A DNA stretch of 64,000 bases, taken from NCBI GenBank assembly GCA_963771275.1, contig CAVYSW010000006.1, positions 32,001-96,000 on the forward strand, given 5' to 3'. Source of the DNA: an uncultured Gemmatimonadales bacterium. GTDB taxonomy: Bacteria; Gemmatimonadota; Gemmatimonadetes; Gemmatimonadales; GWC2-71-9. The position numbers were made by a program, and so were the translations under genes. Within the stretch, counting starts at the first letter, position 1; the number at the start of each line of letters is the position of its first letter. Below, in pieces: positions 54,586-63,963 of this stretch. Below the pieces are notes generated by a model. It worked only from the letters and a program-made list of their open reading frames with translations, ran no database searches and was not told where the DNA came from.

Positions 54586-55035
54586 TCAGCCCTCCAGGGC
54601 ACTGAGGATGTGTTCCGTCGACGGCGCACCGCGCTCGGCGAAGCGGACCACGCCGTCCCGGCCCACCAGCACCACGCTGCGCACCACGCCCTTGCCATCC
54701 CCCTTGAGGGCGCCGAACGCGTGGGTCGCGCTGCGCTCCGGATCGGACAGGAGCGGGAAATTGAAGCGGAACTTCTGGGCGTACCGAACATGGCTCGGGA
54801 TCGGCGCCGGGTTCACGCCGAACGGCTGGACGCCGGCCTGCCGAAACTGCTCGATCTCATCGCGCACGGCGGAGAGTTGGCGGTTTCAGCCAGGGGTGTT
54901 GTTGCCGGGGTAGAACACCAGCACCACATGGTGGGCCTGCAACTCATCGTGCAGCCGATGGGTCTGGCCGTCCGATGCCGCGAGCGCGAAGTCCGGCGCC
55001 GGGGTGCCTACGGCAATCAACTGCTCACCGCTCAT
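54586..55035 (-). CDS. Peroxiredoxin (BCP/PrxQ-like) with in-frame TGA at the peroxidatic residue, probable selenoprotein
   Basis: APDFAL...VVLVFYPGNNTPG-TGA-NRQLSAVRD...FPLLSD...VRSVVLV; ORFs 54886..55086 and 54586..54867 are in the same frame. Confidence 0.85.
54856..54876 (-). promoter_or_regulatory. Putative bacterial SECIS hairpin
   Basis: +10..+30 after UGA: CUCUCCGC-CGU-GCG(C)GA(U)GAG, with G at the second loop position. Confidence 0.6.
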
Positions 55036-55885
55036 CGCTCCCTCCCTCCACTCGTCGTTCCCGGTGAAGCTGCTCGAGCGCCTCAACCCAGGCCTCGGGG
55101 ACCGTGATCGTGCCGAGGGCGGCGCGCCCCTCCGCCGCGACCTCCGCCTCGCCGTGCCAGTCCGTCCCGCCGGTGCGCAGCAGCCCGAGATCGTCCGCCA
55201 GGGCGCCGATTCGCTCCTGCAGGGCCGGCGGGTGGGACGGATGACGCACTTCCACGGCGTCGACGCCGTCCCGCTGCAACCGTCGCATCGTCGCCCGGGT
55301 GGCGTGCTCCTTCAAGTGGGCGGCAGAGGTGACGCCGCCCAGAGCGCGCACGAGCCCCGTCACCGCGGACAGCGCCGGCAGCACCTTGGGCACGTAGGCC
55401 GGGCGCCCCTTGCGCAGGAACCGATCAAACGCCTCCCCCACATCTGCCACCACACCCCGCGCCACGAGCGTCCGGGCCGCGTGCGGCCGCCCCAGCGCCC
55501 CACCCGCGGCGGCCGCGCCGACCTCTTCCAGCGTGACCGTGACGCCGGCGCCGCGCAGCCGGCGCACGATCTCGCGCATCCGCGCGGTACGCTGCCCGCG
55601 TTGCGCCTCGAGAAACGCCGTCAGGTCCGGCCGGTCCGCCGGAAGGAAGTAGGCCAGCAAATGCAACTCGCCCCACGGCGCCGCCACGCTGAACTCGCAT
55701 CCGGCGACGATCCGCACGCCCAGATCGGCACCCGCGGCGCGCGCCTCCGCCACACCCCCGACCGTGTCGTGATCCGTGAGCGCAACCAGCTGCAGCCCCG
55801 CCACCGCGGCGAGCCGCACGACGTCCGCCGGCTGGTGCGTTCCGTCCGACGCCGCCGAGTGGACATGAAGGTCAGCCGCGAACAC
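55025..55885 (-). CDS. PHP-domain metallophosphoesterase (TrpH/YciV-like)
   Basis: DLHVHSAASDG, LTDHDT, GRPHAA, TGGTDWHG. Confidence 0.9.
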   Translation of the reverse strand: MFAADLHVHSAASDGTHQPADVVRLAAVAGLQLVALTDHDTVGGVAEARAAGADLGVRIVAGCEFSVAAPWGELHLLAYFLPADRPDLTAFLEAQRGQRTARMREIVRRLRGAGVTVTLEEVGAAAAGGALGRPHAARTLVARGVVADVGEAFDRFLRKGRPAYVPKVLPALSAVTGLVRALGGVTSAAHLKEHATRATMRRLQRDGVDAVEVRHPSHPPALQERIGALADDLGLLRTGGTDWHGEAEVAAEGRAALGTITVPEAWVEALEQLHRERRVEGGSDER

Positions 55886-56165
55886 GCTGCGCCGGCGTTT
55901 GCCCCGTAACCCGACTCTCCGGGCTGGTCCATTCCGGCTGCGCATGCCGCAGCAGCTCGATCAGCTGCGCGTCCGACAATGCCCCGAGCGACGCCTCGCG
56001 GTATCGTGACCCGGTCGGCGAATACCGCACGTAGCGGCGGATCCGGTCGGGGCCGGTGCCCCGCTGGAACACGAGCCCGAACTCGTCGCGGTCGTACACG
56101 GTAGTGCGCCCCGACGGCAGGACCTCCCACCGCTCGCCCCCGACCTCGATCCAGCGGCCCGCCAC
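55872..56165 (-). CDS. Hypothetical protein (97 aa)
   Basis: Fills the gap between E2 and PHP in operon orientation; WEVLPSGRTTVYDRDEFGLVF..RYSP..WTSPE. Confidence 0.6.
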   Translation of the reverse strand: MAGRWIEVGGERWEVLPSGRTTVYDRDEFGLVFQRGTGPDRIRRYVRYSPTGSRYREASLGALSDAQLIELLRHAQPEWTSPESRVTGQTPAQRVRG

Positions 56166-56167
56166 GG

Positions 56168-57520
56168 TCAGACCCCGCCCTCGGGGAACTCCTCGAGGTC
56201 CCGCTTCACGTCCGCCATGAACCGGTCCGCATCCGCGCCGTCGACCACCCGGTGGTCGTACGACAACGTCAGCAGTCCGATCGTGCGAATCGCGATCACA
56301 TCCTGGCCATCTTCGAGGGTCAGCACCTTGGGGCGCTTCTCGATCGCGCCCACGCCGAGGATGGCGACCTGGGGCTGGTTGATGATGGGCACGCCGGCCA
56401 ACGACCCGAACACCCCGGGGTTGGTGATCGAGAACGTGCCCTTCTGCACCTCGTCCGGGCTCAGCCGCTTGGTCCGGGCCCGCTCCGCGAGGTCCGCCAT
56501 CTGGCGCGCGATCCCGGCGAGCGACAGGTCGTCGGCGTTCCGGATCACGGGAACGATGAGTCCCCACTCGAGCGCGACCGCGATGCCGATGTTGATCGGC
56601 TTGCGGTAGATGATCGTGTCGCCGCTCACCGAGGCGTTGAGCACCGGATGGCTGCGGAGATTCCCGGCGATCACCTTGGTGATGAAAGTGAGGTACGTCA
56701 GCCCTGCCCCGCGCGCCTGATACTCGGCCTTCTTCGCCTGCCGCAGCCGGGCGATCCGCGTGTAGTCCACCTCGTAGAAGCTGGTCACGTGCGCCGACGT
56801 CCGCCGCGACATGATCATGTGGTCGGCGGTGAGCTTGCGGATCCGGCTCATCGGCTCCACACGATCGCCCAGCCAGGCCTCGACGGCGGGGTGGCTGACC
56901 TCCCCGCCCCGCCCGGCCGCGGCAGAAGCGGCAGAAGCGCCAGGAGCGGCAGGGGCGGCAGGGGCGGTGGTAGATGTCGGCTTCGCCGCCTTGCCCGACT
57001 CGATGAATGAGAGCAGGTCCTGTTTCGTCACCCGGCCCGCGTGCCCCGTGCCCGGAACCTGCGCGATGTCCACGCTGTGCTCGGCGGCGATGCGCCGCAC
57101 GAGGGGCGTCGAGCGCGTCTGCAGACGCTCCTCCGAGGTTCCTGCGGGGGCGGCGGGGGCGGCAGGAGCGGCGGGGGCGGCAGCAGCGGCAGGAGCGGCA
57201 GCGGCGGCGGGGGCGGCAGCAGTGGCAGGAGCGGCAGGAGCGGCAGGAGCGGCCGGGGTCGTTGGGGCGGCGGCGCCCTTTTCCGTCTCGATCACGGCAA
57301 TCACCGTCTGGACTTCGACCGTCGCACCCTCGGCCACCTTGATCTCCGCCAAGACCCCGGCTGCCGGCGCGGGGATCTCCGCGTCGACTTTGTCGGTGGA
57401 GATCTCGAGGATCGGCTCGTCGCGCCGCACCTCATCCCCGACCCGCTTGAGCCAGCGTGACACCGTGCCTTCGGCAATCGACTCGCCCATCTGGGGCATG
57501 ATCACGTCAACTCGGGCCAT
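56168..57520 (-). CDS. 2-oxoacid dehydrogenase E2 (dihydrolipoamide acyltransferase)
   Basis: Lipoyl domain EISTDKVDAEIP, PA-rich linker, PSBD GTGHAGRVTKQD, SYDHRVVDG. Confidence 0.93.
   Translation of the reverse strand: MARVDVIMPQMGESIAEGTVSRWLKRVGDEVRRDEPILEISTDKVDAEIPAPAAGVLAEIKVAEGATVEVQTVIAVIETEKGAAAPTTPAAPAAPAAPATAAAPAAAAAPAAAAAPAAPAAPAAPAGTSEERLQTRSTPLVRRIAAEHSVDIAQVPGTGHAGRVTKQDLLSFIESGKAAKPTSTTAPAAPAAPGASAASAAAGRGGEVSHPAVEAWLGDRVEPMSRIRKLTADHMIMSRRTSAHVTSFYEVDYTRIARLRQAKKAEYQARGAGLTYLTFITKVIAGNLRSHPVLNASVSGDTIIYRKPINIGIAVALEWGLIVPVIRNADDLSLAGIARQMADLAERARTKRLSPDEVQKGTFSITNPGVFGSLAGVPIINQPQVAILGVGAIEKRPKVLTLEDGQDVIAIRTIGLLTLSYDHRVVDGADADRFMADVKRDLEEFPEGGV
57143..57275. repeat. Coding 9-bp GCGGCAGGA-type repeats (PAA linker of E2)
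   Basis: Tandem gcggcagga/gcggcgggg units encoding AAPAAPAAP. Confidence 0.8.
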
Positions 57521-57625
57521 GCACTCCCCTCCGTGAACCCGCATCTCCCCGCGGCGGCGTCGGAATCATGGGGTCCCGCGATGATTCGCATCGACTTCCA
57601 CGCGCCGCCGGTGACATCCTTGGCC

Positions 57626-58045
57626 ATGCGGTTCAAGCAACCCGGCACCAAGTGGTGCCACGTGACCCTGTCGACCTATCGCCGTCGCAAGTTGTTCAAG
57701 ATAGCGGCGACCGCCCGGTTCTGCGAGCGACTGCTGCGTCACACGTGCGAGGCGTACGGCTGGCGGGTGGACGCCGTCGTGGTGCGGGCGGACATCGTGC
57801 AGGTGCTGCTCGAGGTGCCGCGCGCGACCTCGCGGGACGCGGTCGTGCGCCGGCTCCGCGCCGCGGCCGGTCGCGCGGTGCGTGACGGGATGGTCTGCGC
57901 CCAGGGCCGGCGGGTGTTCGAAACCGGGAACTGGTTCGCCGTGATCACCAGCCCCACCGGGTTGGCCACGCTGCGCGGGCGGTTGTTGCGCGCGGCGTCG
58001 GAAGAGCGCGGGCTGGAGTTCCAGCCGGGCTTCGTCATTCAGTAG
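57626..58045 (+). CDS. IS200/IS605 TnpA (Y1 HUH)-fold protein lacking catalytic residues (alternative start 57581)
   Basis: HVTLSTYRRRKLF...LRHTCEAYGWRV..VRADIVQVLLEVP...VRRLRAAAGR...FETG follows the TnpA pattern, but DHVH is DIVQ and the catalytic Tyr is missing. Confidence 0.6.
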   Translation: MRFKQPGTKWCHVTLSTYRRRKLFKIAATARFCERLLRHTCEAYGWRVDAVVVRADIVQVLLEVPRATSRDAVVRRLRAAAGRAVRDGMVCAQGRRVFETGNWFAVITSPTGLATLRGRLLRAASEERGLEFQPGFVIQ

Positions 58046-59019
58046 GCAAGGAGCGCCCGCGCGGCGTCCACCACGTCCGGCACCTGCGGCAGCACGTGGT
58101 CTTCCAGGGCCGGTGCGTACGGCAGCGGCGTGTCCCGCGCCGTGACCCGCCGGACCGGGGCGTCGAGCCATTCGAACGCGGACTCATTGATCCGCGCCGT
58201 GATCTCCCCCGCCACACCGCCGGTTCTCGTGTCTTCGTGCACGATCAGCACGCGATTGGTCTTCTGGACGGTCGCCCGGATCGCCGCGTCGTCCATCGGG
58301 AGCAGGGTACGGAGATCCAGCACTTCGACGGATGCGCCGTCCTCCTGCTCGATCCGCTGCGCCGCCTCGAGGGACTTCCAAACCATGGCCGACCACGTGA
58401 TGATCGAGAGGTCCGTCCCGGCACGCGCGACGCGGGCGGTGCCGATGGGCGTGAGGATCTCCTCCCCCTCGGGCAGGTCTTCCTTCACGCGGCGGTAGAG
58501 GTACTTGTGCTCGAAGTAGATCACCGGATCGTCGTCGCGGATGGCGGCCTTGATGAGGCCTTTGGCGTCGCGCGCGGTGGCGGGGCAGACCAGCTTGAGC
58601 CCGGGCGTGTGGAGAAAGGCGGCCTCGGGCATCTGCGAGTGAAACGGGCCGCCGCGCACGAAGCCACCGGAGGGTCCGCGTACGACGAGCGGCGTGGCGA
58701 GCCCCGCGCGGTACCGCGCCGTCGCCACATAGTTCGTGAGCATGTCGTAGGCGCACGCGATGAAGTCGATGAACTGCATCTCGACCACGGGGCGGAGCCC
58801 CATGTGCGCCGCGCCGGCGGCTGCCCCCACGATCGCCGCCTCGCTGATCGGCGTGTCGATCACGCGTGCCGGCCCGAAGCGGCCGAGGAACCCGTCGGTG
58901 ACCTTGAACGCGCCGCCGTACGCGCCGATGTCCTCGCCAAGGAGGAACACGCGCTCGTCGCGCTCGAGCTCCTCCCGCAAGCCCTGCCGGAGTGCTTCGA
59001 GGTAGGTGATCTCGGCCAT
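58039..59019 (-). CDS. 2-oxoacid dehydrogenase E1 beta subunit
   Basis: GEDIGAYGGAFKVT, DTPISEAAI, EMQFIDF, HSQ, FEHKYLY, DLRTLLP. Confidence 0.93.
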   Translation of the reverse strand: MAEITYLEALRQGLREELERDERVFLLGEDIGAYGGAFKVTDGFLGRFGPARVIDTPISEAAIVGAAAGAAHMGLRPVVEMQFIDFIACAYDMLTNYVATARYRAGLATPLVVRGPSGGFVRGGPFHSQMPEAAFLHTPGLKLVCPATARDAKGLIKAAIRDDDPVIYFEHKYLYRRVKEDLPEGEEILTPIGTARVARAGTDLSIITWSAMVWKSLEAAQRIEQEDGASVEVLDLRTLLPMDDAAIRATVQKTNRVLIVHEDTRTGGVAGEITARINESAFEWLDAPVRRVTARDTPLPYAPALEDHVLPQVPDVVDAARALLAY

Positions 59020-59078
59020 CGTGACTGGGCGGCTAGGCCCGGGGGCGGCGCCGGATCCGTGACCGCATGGCCGGCGGG

Positions 59079-59294
59079 CTATCCAGCGACCGATGCGTGG
59101 TACCCCACCCGTTCGACCGCCGCGACATACGCCGCGGGCCCGGCCTTCGCCGGGTCGTAGTCGACCTCGGCCTCGCCTTCCTGCTGGAAGACCGCCGCGC
59201 CGTAGGTCCCCGCCACCCCCTGGAGCGCCTTCTCGACCTTCATCTTGCAGTGGCCGCAGGTCATGCCGGTCACCGTGAGCTTCACCGAAGCCAT
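59079..59294 (-). CDS. copZ: Copper chaperone (HMA domain)
   Basis: VTGMTCGHC...VERVGY. Confidence 0.85.
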   Translation of the reverse strand: MASVKLTVTGMTCGHCKMKVEKALQGVAGTYGAAVFQQEGEAEVDYDPAKAGPAAYVAAVERVGYHASVAG

Positions 59295-59368
59295 GCCGAC
59301 CATCCTTCTCGGGTTTACAGCCGAAACTTCCCCGCCTTCGGCCCGGAATTCAAGGGTAGCGGGCCCCT

Positions 59369-59659
59369 TCAGTATGCGCCGCGCAGCGCGTGGCGGGGAT
59401 CCGCCTGCGCATGCACGGTCCCCAGGAACCGCTTGGCGAGCTTGTCCACTTCGCTCTCGCCGGGCTGGTCCGTGGCGATCGTCACATGCGTGTAATGTCC
59501 GCCCTCCGGGCGCGCATCGACGCTCACCGTGCCGCCGGGGAGGGCGAACACCCGACGGCGCCCTTCGGACGCGGTCGGTCGCATCCGCCCGCCGAAGAAC
59601 GTCTCGGCCGTGGCCAGCACGTCATCGACGGGGAGCGAAGTCCGATGAAAGTAGCGCAT
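59369..59659 (-). CDS. Hypothetical protein (96 aa)
   Basis: ATG 5 nt after the copA stop; MRYFHRT...EGGHYTHV...DKLAKRFL..VH...GAY. Confidence 0.6.
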   Translation of the reverse strand: MRYFHRTSLPVDDVLATAETFFGGRMRPTASEGRRRVFALPGGTVSVDARPEGGHYTHVTIATDQPGESEVDKLAKRFLGTVHAQADPRHALRGAY

Positions 59660-59664
59660 GGGTC

Positions 59665-62217
59665 TCACGTCACGGGGTCGAGGGATGGGGCGAAGCGCTT
59701 CAACCGCAGGCTGTTGCCGACGACGCTCAGGCTGGACGCCGCCATCGCCGCGCTCGCCACGATCGGGCTCAACAGCAGCCCGGTGAACGGGTACAGGATG
59801 CCCGCCGCGAGCGGGATCCCCAGCAGGTTGTAGACGAACGCGAAGAACAGGTTGCCGCGGATCGTGCGCATCGTCCGGCGGGACAGCTCGACCGCCGTCA
59901 CGAGGCCGGCCAGGTCGTCGCGGATCAGGGTGACGTCGGACGCTTCGATGGCCACGTCCGTTCCCGTCCCGATCGCGATGCCCACGTCCGCCTCCGCGAG
60001 CGCCGGCGCGTCGTTGATGCCGTCGCCGACCATGGCGACGACGCGCCCGGCGCGGCGCAGCTCGCGGATCTTCTCGGCCTTGTCGGCGGGCGCGACCTCG
60101 GCGATCACCTGGGTGATCCCCACGTCGTTGGCGACCAGCGCGGCGGCGTTCTTGGCATCCCCGCTGAGGAGGTAGAGATCCATCCCCATGGCCCGCAGGC
60201 GCGCGATGGCCGGCTTGGCGCTTGGCTTGAGCTGGTCCGCGACCACGATCAGCCCCATCGCCGTGTCGTTCACCACGACCACGATGGACGAGCGCCCCGC
60301 CAGCGTGTGGCGGTCGGCGTCCTCGCTCAATGCGCCCAGATCGATGCTCCGCTCGCGCGCGTGGCGCACGCTGACGACCTCGACGAGCAGCTTCCCCACG
60401 ACGCCGCGCGCACCCCGCCCCTCCATCGCGACGAACCGCTCGACGGACGGGACCGCGATGCCCTTCTCCCTGGCGGCGTCGATCACGGCCCGGCCAAGCG
60501 GATGTTCCGAGCGCGCCTCCACGGCGGCGGCGAGGCGGAGGAGCTCGTGGGCCCCCACGGTGGCGCCGTCGGCGCGGTGGGCGCCGAGCACATGGGTGAC
60601 CGTCGGGCTGCCGCGGGTGATCGTCCCCGTCTTGTCGAACACGATCGTATCGACCCGCTGCAACGCCTCCAGTGCCTGCCCGCCCCGGATGAGGACGCCG
60701 TGGCGGGCCCCCTGCCCGGTCCCCACCATGATGGCGGTCGGGGTTGCGAGCCCGAGCGCGCACGGGCACGCGATCACGAGCACGGTCACCATGGCGACCA
60801 TCGCGAACACGAACTGCGGCGCCGGTCCCCAGACGAACCACACGACGAACGCGGCGATCGCCACGGCGATCACCACCGGCACGAACACGCCGGCGACCCG
60901 ATCGGCGAGCGCCTGGACGGGGGCCTTGTCGCCCTGCGCGTCTTCCACCAGCCGGACGATCTGCGCCAGCACCGTGTCCTTCCCGATCGCCTGCGCCTCG
61001 AACGTGAACGAGCCCAGCCCGTTCATCGTGCCGCCGACGACCTTGCTGCCCGGCGCCTTGTCCACCGGCATGGGCTCGCCGGTGAGCATCGCCTCGTTGA
61101 CCGTGGACCGGCCGTCACGCACCACGCCGTCCACGGGAATCGTCTCCCCGGGGCGGACGAGCACCCGATCGCCCAGCTCCACCGCCTCGATCGCAATCTC
61201 GAGGTCCGCACCGTCGCGCTGCACCCGGGCCGTCTTGGGGCGGAGCGCCAGCAGCGCCCGGATCGCCTCGGAGGTCCGGCTCTTGGCGCGGGCCTCGAGC
61301 AGGCGCCCGAGCAGGATGAACGCGACGATGAAGCTGACGGCTTCGTAGTAGACGTCGGCGGGCAGGCCGGCGGTCGTGAACATGCGGGGCAGCACGGTCG
61401 CCGCCACCGAGTAGAGAAACGCCGCCCCGGTTCCGACGGCGATCAGGGTGTTCATGTCCGCCGTCCGGTGCCGGAAGCCGCTGAGGGCGCTCCGGTAGAA
61501 CTGTCGCGCGCTCCACAGCAGCACGGGCAGGGTGATCACGAGCATGGCGAACTTGAGCAGCTGCGGGGAGCGATCGGCCAGCGCGTAGACCTGCGGCACG
61601 AGGGCGCGCGCCACGCCGTCCAGCGGGTGCAGCAGGCGGAAGAACAGGTCGTGCGCCGCGGAGCCGGTCATCATGAGCGGCATCGAGGCCAGCATCGTTC
61701 CGGCGGCCGCCACCGCCGCCACGAGGAACTTCCCCAGCAGCGTGCGCTGCTCCCGGCTGCGCGCCAGGCGCTCGCGCTCCACGGGATCCTGTTCGGCGAT
61801 CGGGGCCGCCACGGTGAACCCGGCGCGTCCGACGGCGTCCTCGATGTCGCGTCCCGTCACGAGCCCGGGGACGTACTCCACACGCACCGCCTCCAGCGCC
61901 TGATTGGCCGACGCCGAGAGCACGCCGCGCAGCGACAGGATCTCGCGCTCGAGCCGCGTCGTGCCGGTGGCGTAGTGCAGCCCCTCGATGGCGAACTCGA
62001 CCGCGGCCTTGCCGCAGTCGTAGCCGACTTCGCGCACGGCGTGGATCAGGTCCGCCACCGCGATGCCGTCGTGCTCCAGCGTGACGGTGGCCCGTCCGGT
62101 GGCGTAATTGACGTTCGCCTCCACCACGCCCGGCTCGCGGGCGAGCCGGTCCTGCACGGTGACGGCGCACGCTCCGCAGGTCATCCCCTCGATCGGCAGA
62201 ACGATGCGACTAGGCAT
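59665..62217 (-). CDS. copA: Cu(I)-translocating P1B-type ATPase
   Basis: [45 protein letters not shown]. Confidence 0.95.
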   Translation of the reverse strand: MPSRIVLPIEGMTCGACAVTVQDRLAREPGVVEANVNYATGRATVTLEHDGIAVADLIHAVREVGYDCGKAAVEFAIEGLHYATGTTRLEREILSLRGVLSASANQALEAVRVEYVPGLVTGRDIEDAVGRAGFTVAAPIAEQDPVERERLARSREQRTLLGKFLVAAVAAAGTMLASMPLMMTGSAAHDLFFRLLHPLDGVARALVPQVYALADRSPQLLKFAMLVITLPVLLWSARQFYRSALSGFRHRTADMNTLIAVGTGAAFLYSVAATVLPRMFTTAGLPADVYYEAVSFIVAFILLGRLLEARAKSRTSEAIRALLALRPKTARVQRDGADLEIAIEAVELGDRVLVRPGETIPVDGVVRDGRSTVNEAMLTGEPMPVDKAPGSKVVGGTMNGLGSFTFEAQAIGKDTVLAQIVRLVEDAQGDKAPVQALADRVAGVFVPVVIAVAIAAFVVWFVWGPAPQFVFAMVAMVTVLVIACPCALGLATPTAIMVGTGQGARHGVLIRGGQALEALQRVDTIVFDKTGTITRGSPTVTHVLGAHRADGATVGAHELLRLAAAVEARSEHPLGRAVIDAAREKGIAVPSVERFVAMEGRGARGVVGKLLVEVVSVRHARERSIDLGALSEDADRHTLAGRSSIVVVVNDTAMGLIVVADQLKPSAKPAIARLRAMGMDLYLLSGDAKNAAALVANDVGITQVIAEVAPADKAEKIRELRRAGRVVAMVGDGINDAPALAEADVGIAIGTGTDVAIEASDVTLIRDDLAGLVTAVELSRRTMRTIRGNLFFAFVYNLLGIPLAAGILYPFTGLLLSPIVASAAMAASSLSVVGNSLRLKRFAPSLDPVT

Positions 62218-62635
62218 GCTTGCTGTGCGCGCGGCCCAGGTTCACCCGCGCGGCGTCCCGCCCCACCTGCGCCACCACGCGACCGCGGATCATGCTGACC
62301 CCGCAGCGGAACGGGTAGTCGCCGGGCTGCGTCGGGATGAACTCGACGACGGTCGGCTCGAAGGCGGGAAGCGAACGGCGGATGTCGAGGGTCTCGAAGA
62401 TCAGCTCGGCGGAGCACTCCGCGGTCTCATCACGGTAGAACGTGAGGCGCACCGGCCGGCCCACCTCCACCGGGATCACGTCGGGCTCGAACCCCTGCTT
62501 GACCAACACGTGAACGTCCTGCACTCCCGCCGGCGCCGGCCGCGGCGCGACCGGGGCCGGGACGAGGAAGTACCACAGCTCCCACGCGATCGCCGCGGCC
62601 CCGAGGCCCAGGACGATGAAGTCGGCGGCGCTCAC
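62210..62635 (-). CDS. Membrane-anchored cupredoxin-domain protein (CupA-like)
   Basis: N-terminal TM (AWELWYF), [34 protein letters not shown] overlap with the ino1 stop. Confidence 0.8.
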   Translation of the reverse strand: MSAADFIVLGLGAAAIAWELWYFLVPAPVAPRPAPAGVQDVHVLVKQGFEPDVIPVEVGRPVRLTFYRDETAECSAELIFETLDIRRSLPAFEPTVVEFIPTQPGDYPFRCGVSMIRGRVVAQVGRDAARVNLGRAHSKHA

Positions 62636-63963
62636 GCCTTGTCGTAGTCGTAGTACTCGACGCCCAAGTGGGTGATCTGCTCCTCGCCCATGAGCCAACG
62701 CAGCGTGTTCTTGAGCTTCGTCTGCTGGATGAACAGGTCGTGCTCGGGCGTCAGGCCCCGCGCCGCCATCGGGCTCTTGAAGTAGAACGAGAGCCACTCC
62801 TGGATGCCGCTGAGCCTGGCCCGCTGCGCGAGATCCATGAACAGCGTGAGATCGTGCACCAGCGGCGCGGCGAGAATCGAGTCGCGACAGAGGAAATCGA
62901 TCTTGATCTGCATCGGGTAGCCGAGCCACCCGAAGATGTCGATGTTGTCCCAGCCCTCCTTGTTGTCGCCGCGCGGCGGATAGTAGTTGATCCGGACCTT
63001 GTGGTAGATCTTGCCGTACAGCTCCGGGTACACCGCCGGCTGGAGGATATGCTCCAGCACCCCCAGCTTCGATTCCTCCTTGGTCTTGAACGACTCGGGG
63101 TCGTCGAGCACTTCGCCGTCGCGATTGCCCAGGATGTTGGTGGAGTACCACCCCGCGAGCCCGAGCGCGCGCGCCTTCAGCATCGGCGCGATCACGGTCT
63201 TCATCAGCGTCTGGCCGGTCTTGAAGTCCTTGCCGCAGATCGGCAGGCCCCGCTGGGCCGCGAGCTCCTGGAGCGCCGGCGTATCCACCGTGAGGTTCGG
63301 CGCGCCGTTGGCGAACGGCACCCCTTCCATGAGGGCCGCCCACGCGTAGAGCATCGACGGGGCGACGGCGGGGTCGTTGCCCGCCATGCCCTTCTCGAAC
63401 GCCGCCAGGCTCTGGTGCACCGGCCCCGGCGTGATGAACACTTCCGTCGACGCGCACCAGAGCATGACGAGTCGCCGGCAGCCGTTGCGCTGCTTGAACG
63501 CGCGGATGTCCTCGCGCAGCTGCTCGGCGAGGTCGCGCTTGGTCTTCCCCTGCTTCACGTTGGTGCCGGAGAGCCGCTTGACGTACTGCTGGTCGAACAC
63601 CGCCGGCATCGGCGCGATGCCCTTGAGGAAGTCCGCGATCGGCTCGACATGCGGGGGCTCCAGCACCCCCGCCACCTGGCAGGAGCGGTAGGCATCGTCG
63701 GGAATCGGGTCCCACGCCCCGAACACGAGGTCCTCGAGCCGAGCGAGTGGCACGAAGTCCCGCACCCTGGGGGCACGATTCTCGGTTCGCTTGCCCAGCC
63801 GGATCGTCCCGCGCTCGCACAGCGTGCCGATCGGCGTGGCGCTGCGCCGCCGCAGATGCTCCACGCCGGCGATATACGTCGTGGCAACCGCGCCCAGCCC
63901 GACCAACAGTACTCCGAGCTTGCCCTCGGCCGGCTCGATGGTGCGGCGTTCCTTAGGGTTCAC
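62632..63963 (-). CDS. ino1: myo-inositol-1-phosphate synthase
   Basis: LVGLGAVAT, WCASTE, NGAP, GKDFKTGQT, NILGNRDG, GDNKEGWD, DSILAAPL, FYFKSP. Confidence 0.93.
   Translation of the reverse strand: MNPKERRTIEPAEGKLGVLLVGLGAVATTYIAGVEHLRRRSATPIGTLCERGTIRLGKRTENRAPRVRDFVPLARLEDLVFGAWDPIPDDAYRSCQVAGVLEPPHVEPIADFLKGIAPMPAVFDQQYVKRLSGTNVKQGKTKRDLAEQLREDIRAFKQRNGCRRLVMLWCASTEVFITPGPVHQSLAAFEKGMAGNDPAVAPSMLYAWAALMEGVPFANGAPNLTVDTPALQELAAQRGLPICGKDFKTGQTLMKTVIAPMLKARALGLAGWYSTNILGNRDGEVLDDPESFKTKEESKLGVLEHILQPAVYPELYGKIYHKVRINYYPPRGDNKEGWDNIDIFGWLGYPMQIKIDFLCRDSILAAPLVHDLTLFMDLAQRARLSGIQEWLSFYFKSPMAARGLTPEHDLFIQQTKLKNTLRWLMGEEQITHLGVEYYDYDKA

Noticed and set aside
57143..57275. Tandem repeat as a contingency locus
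   Set aside because: It encodes the ordinary Ala/Pro linker of E2 in 9-bp in-frame units.
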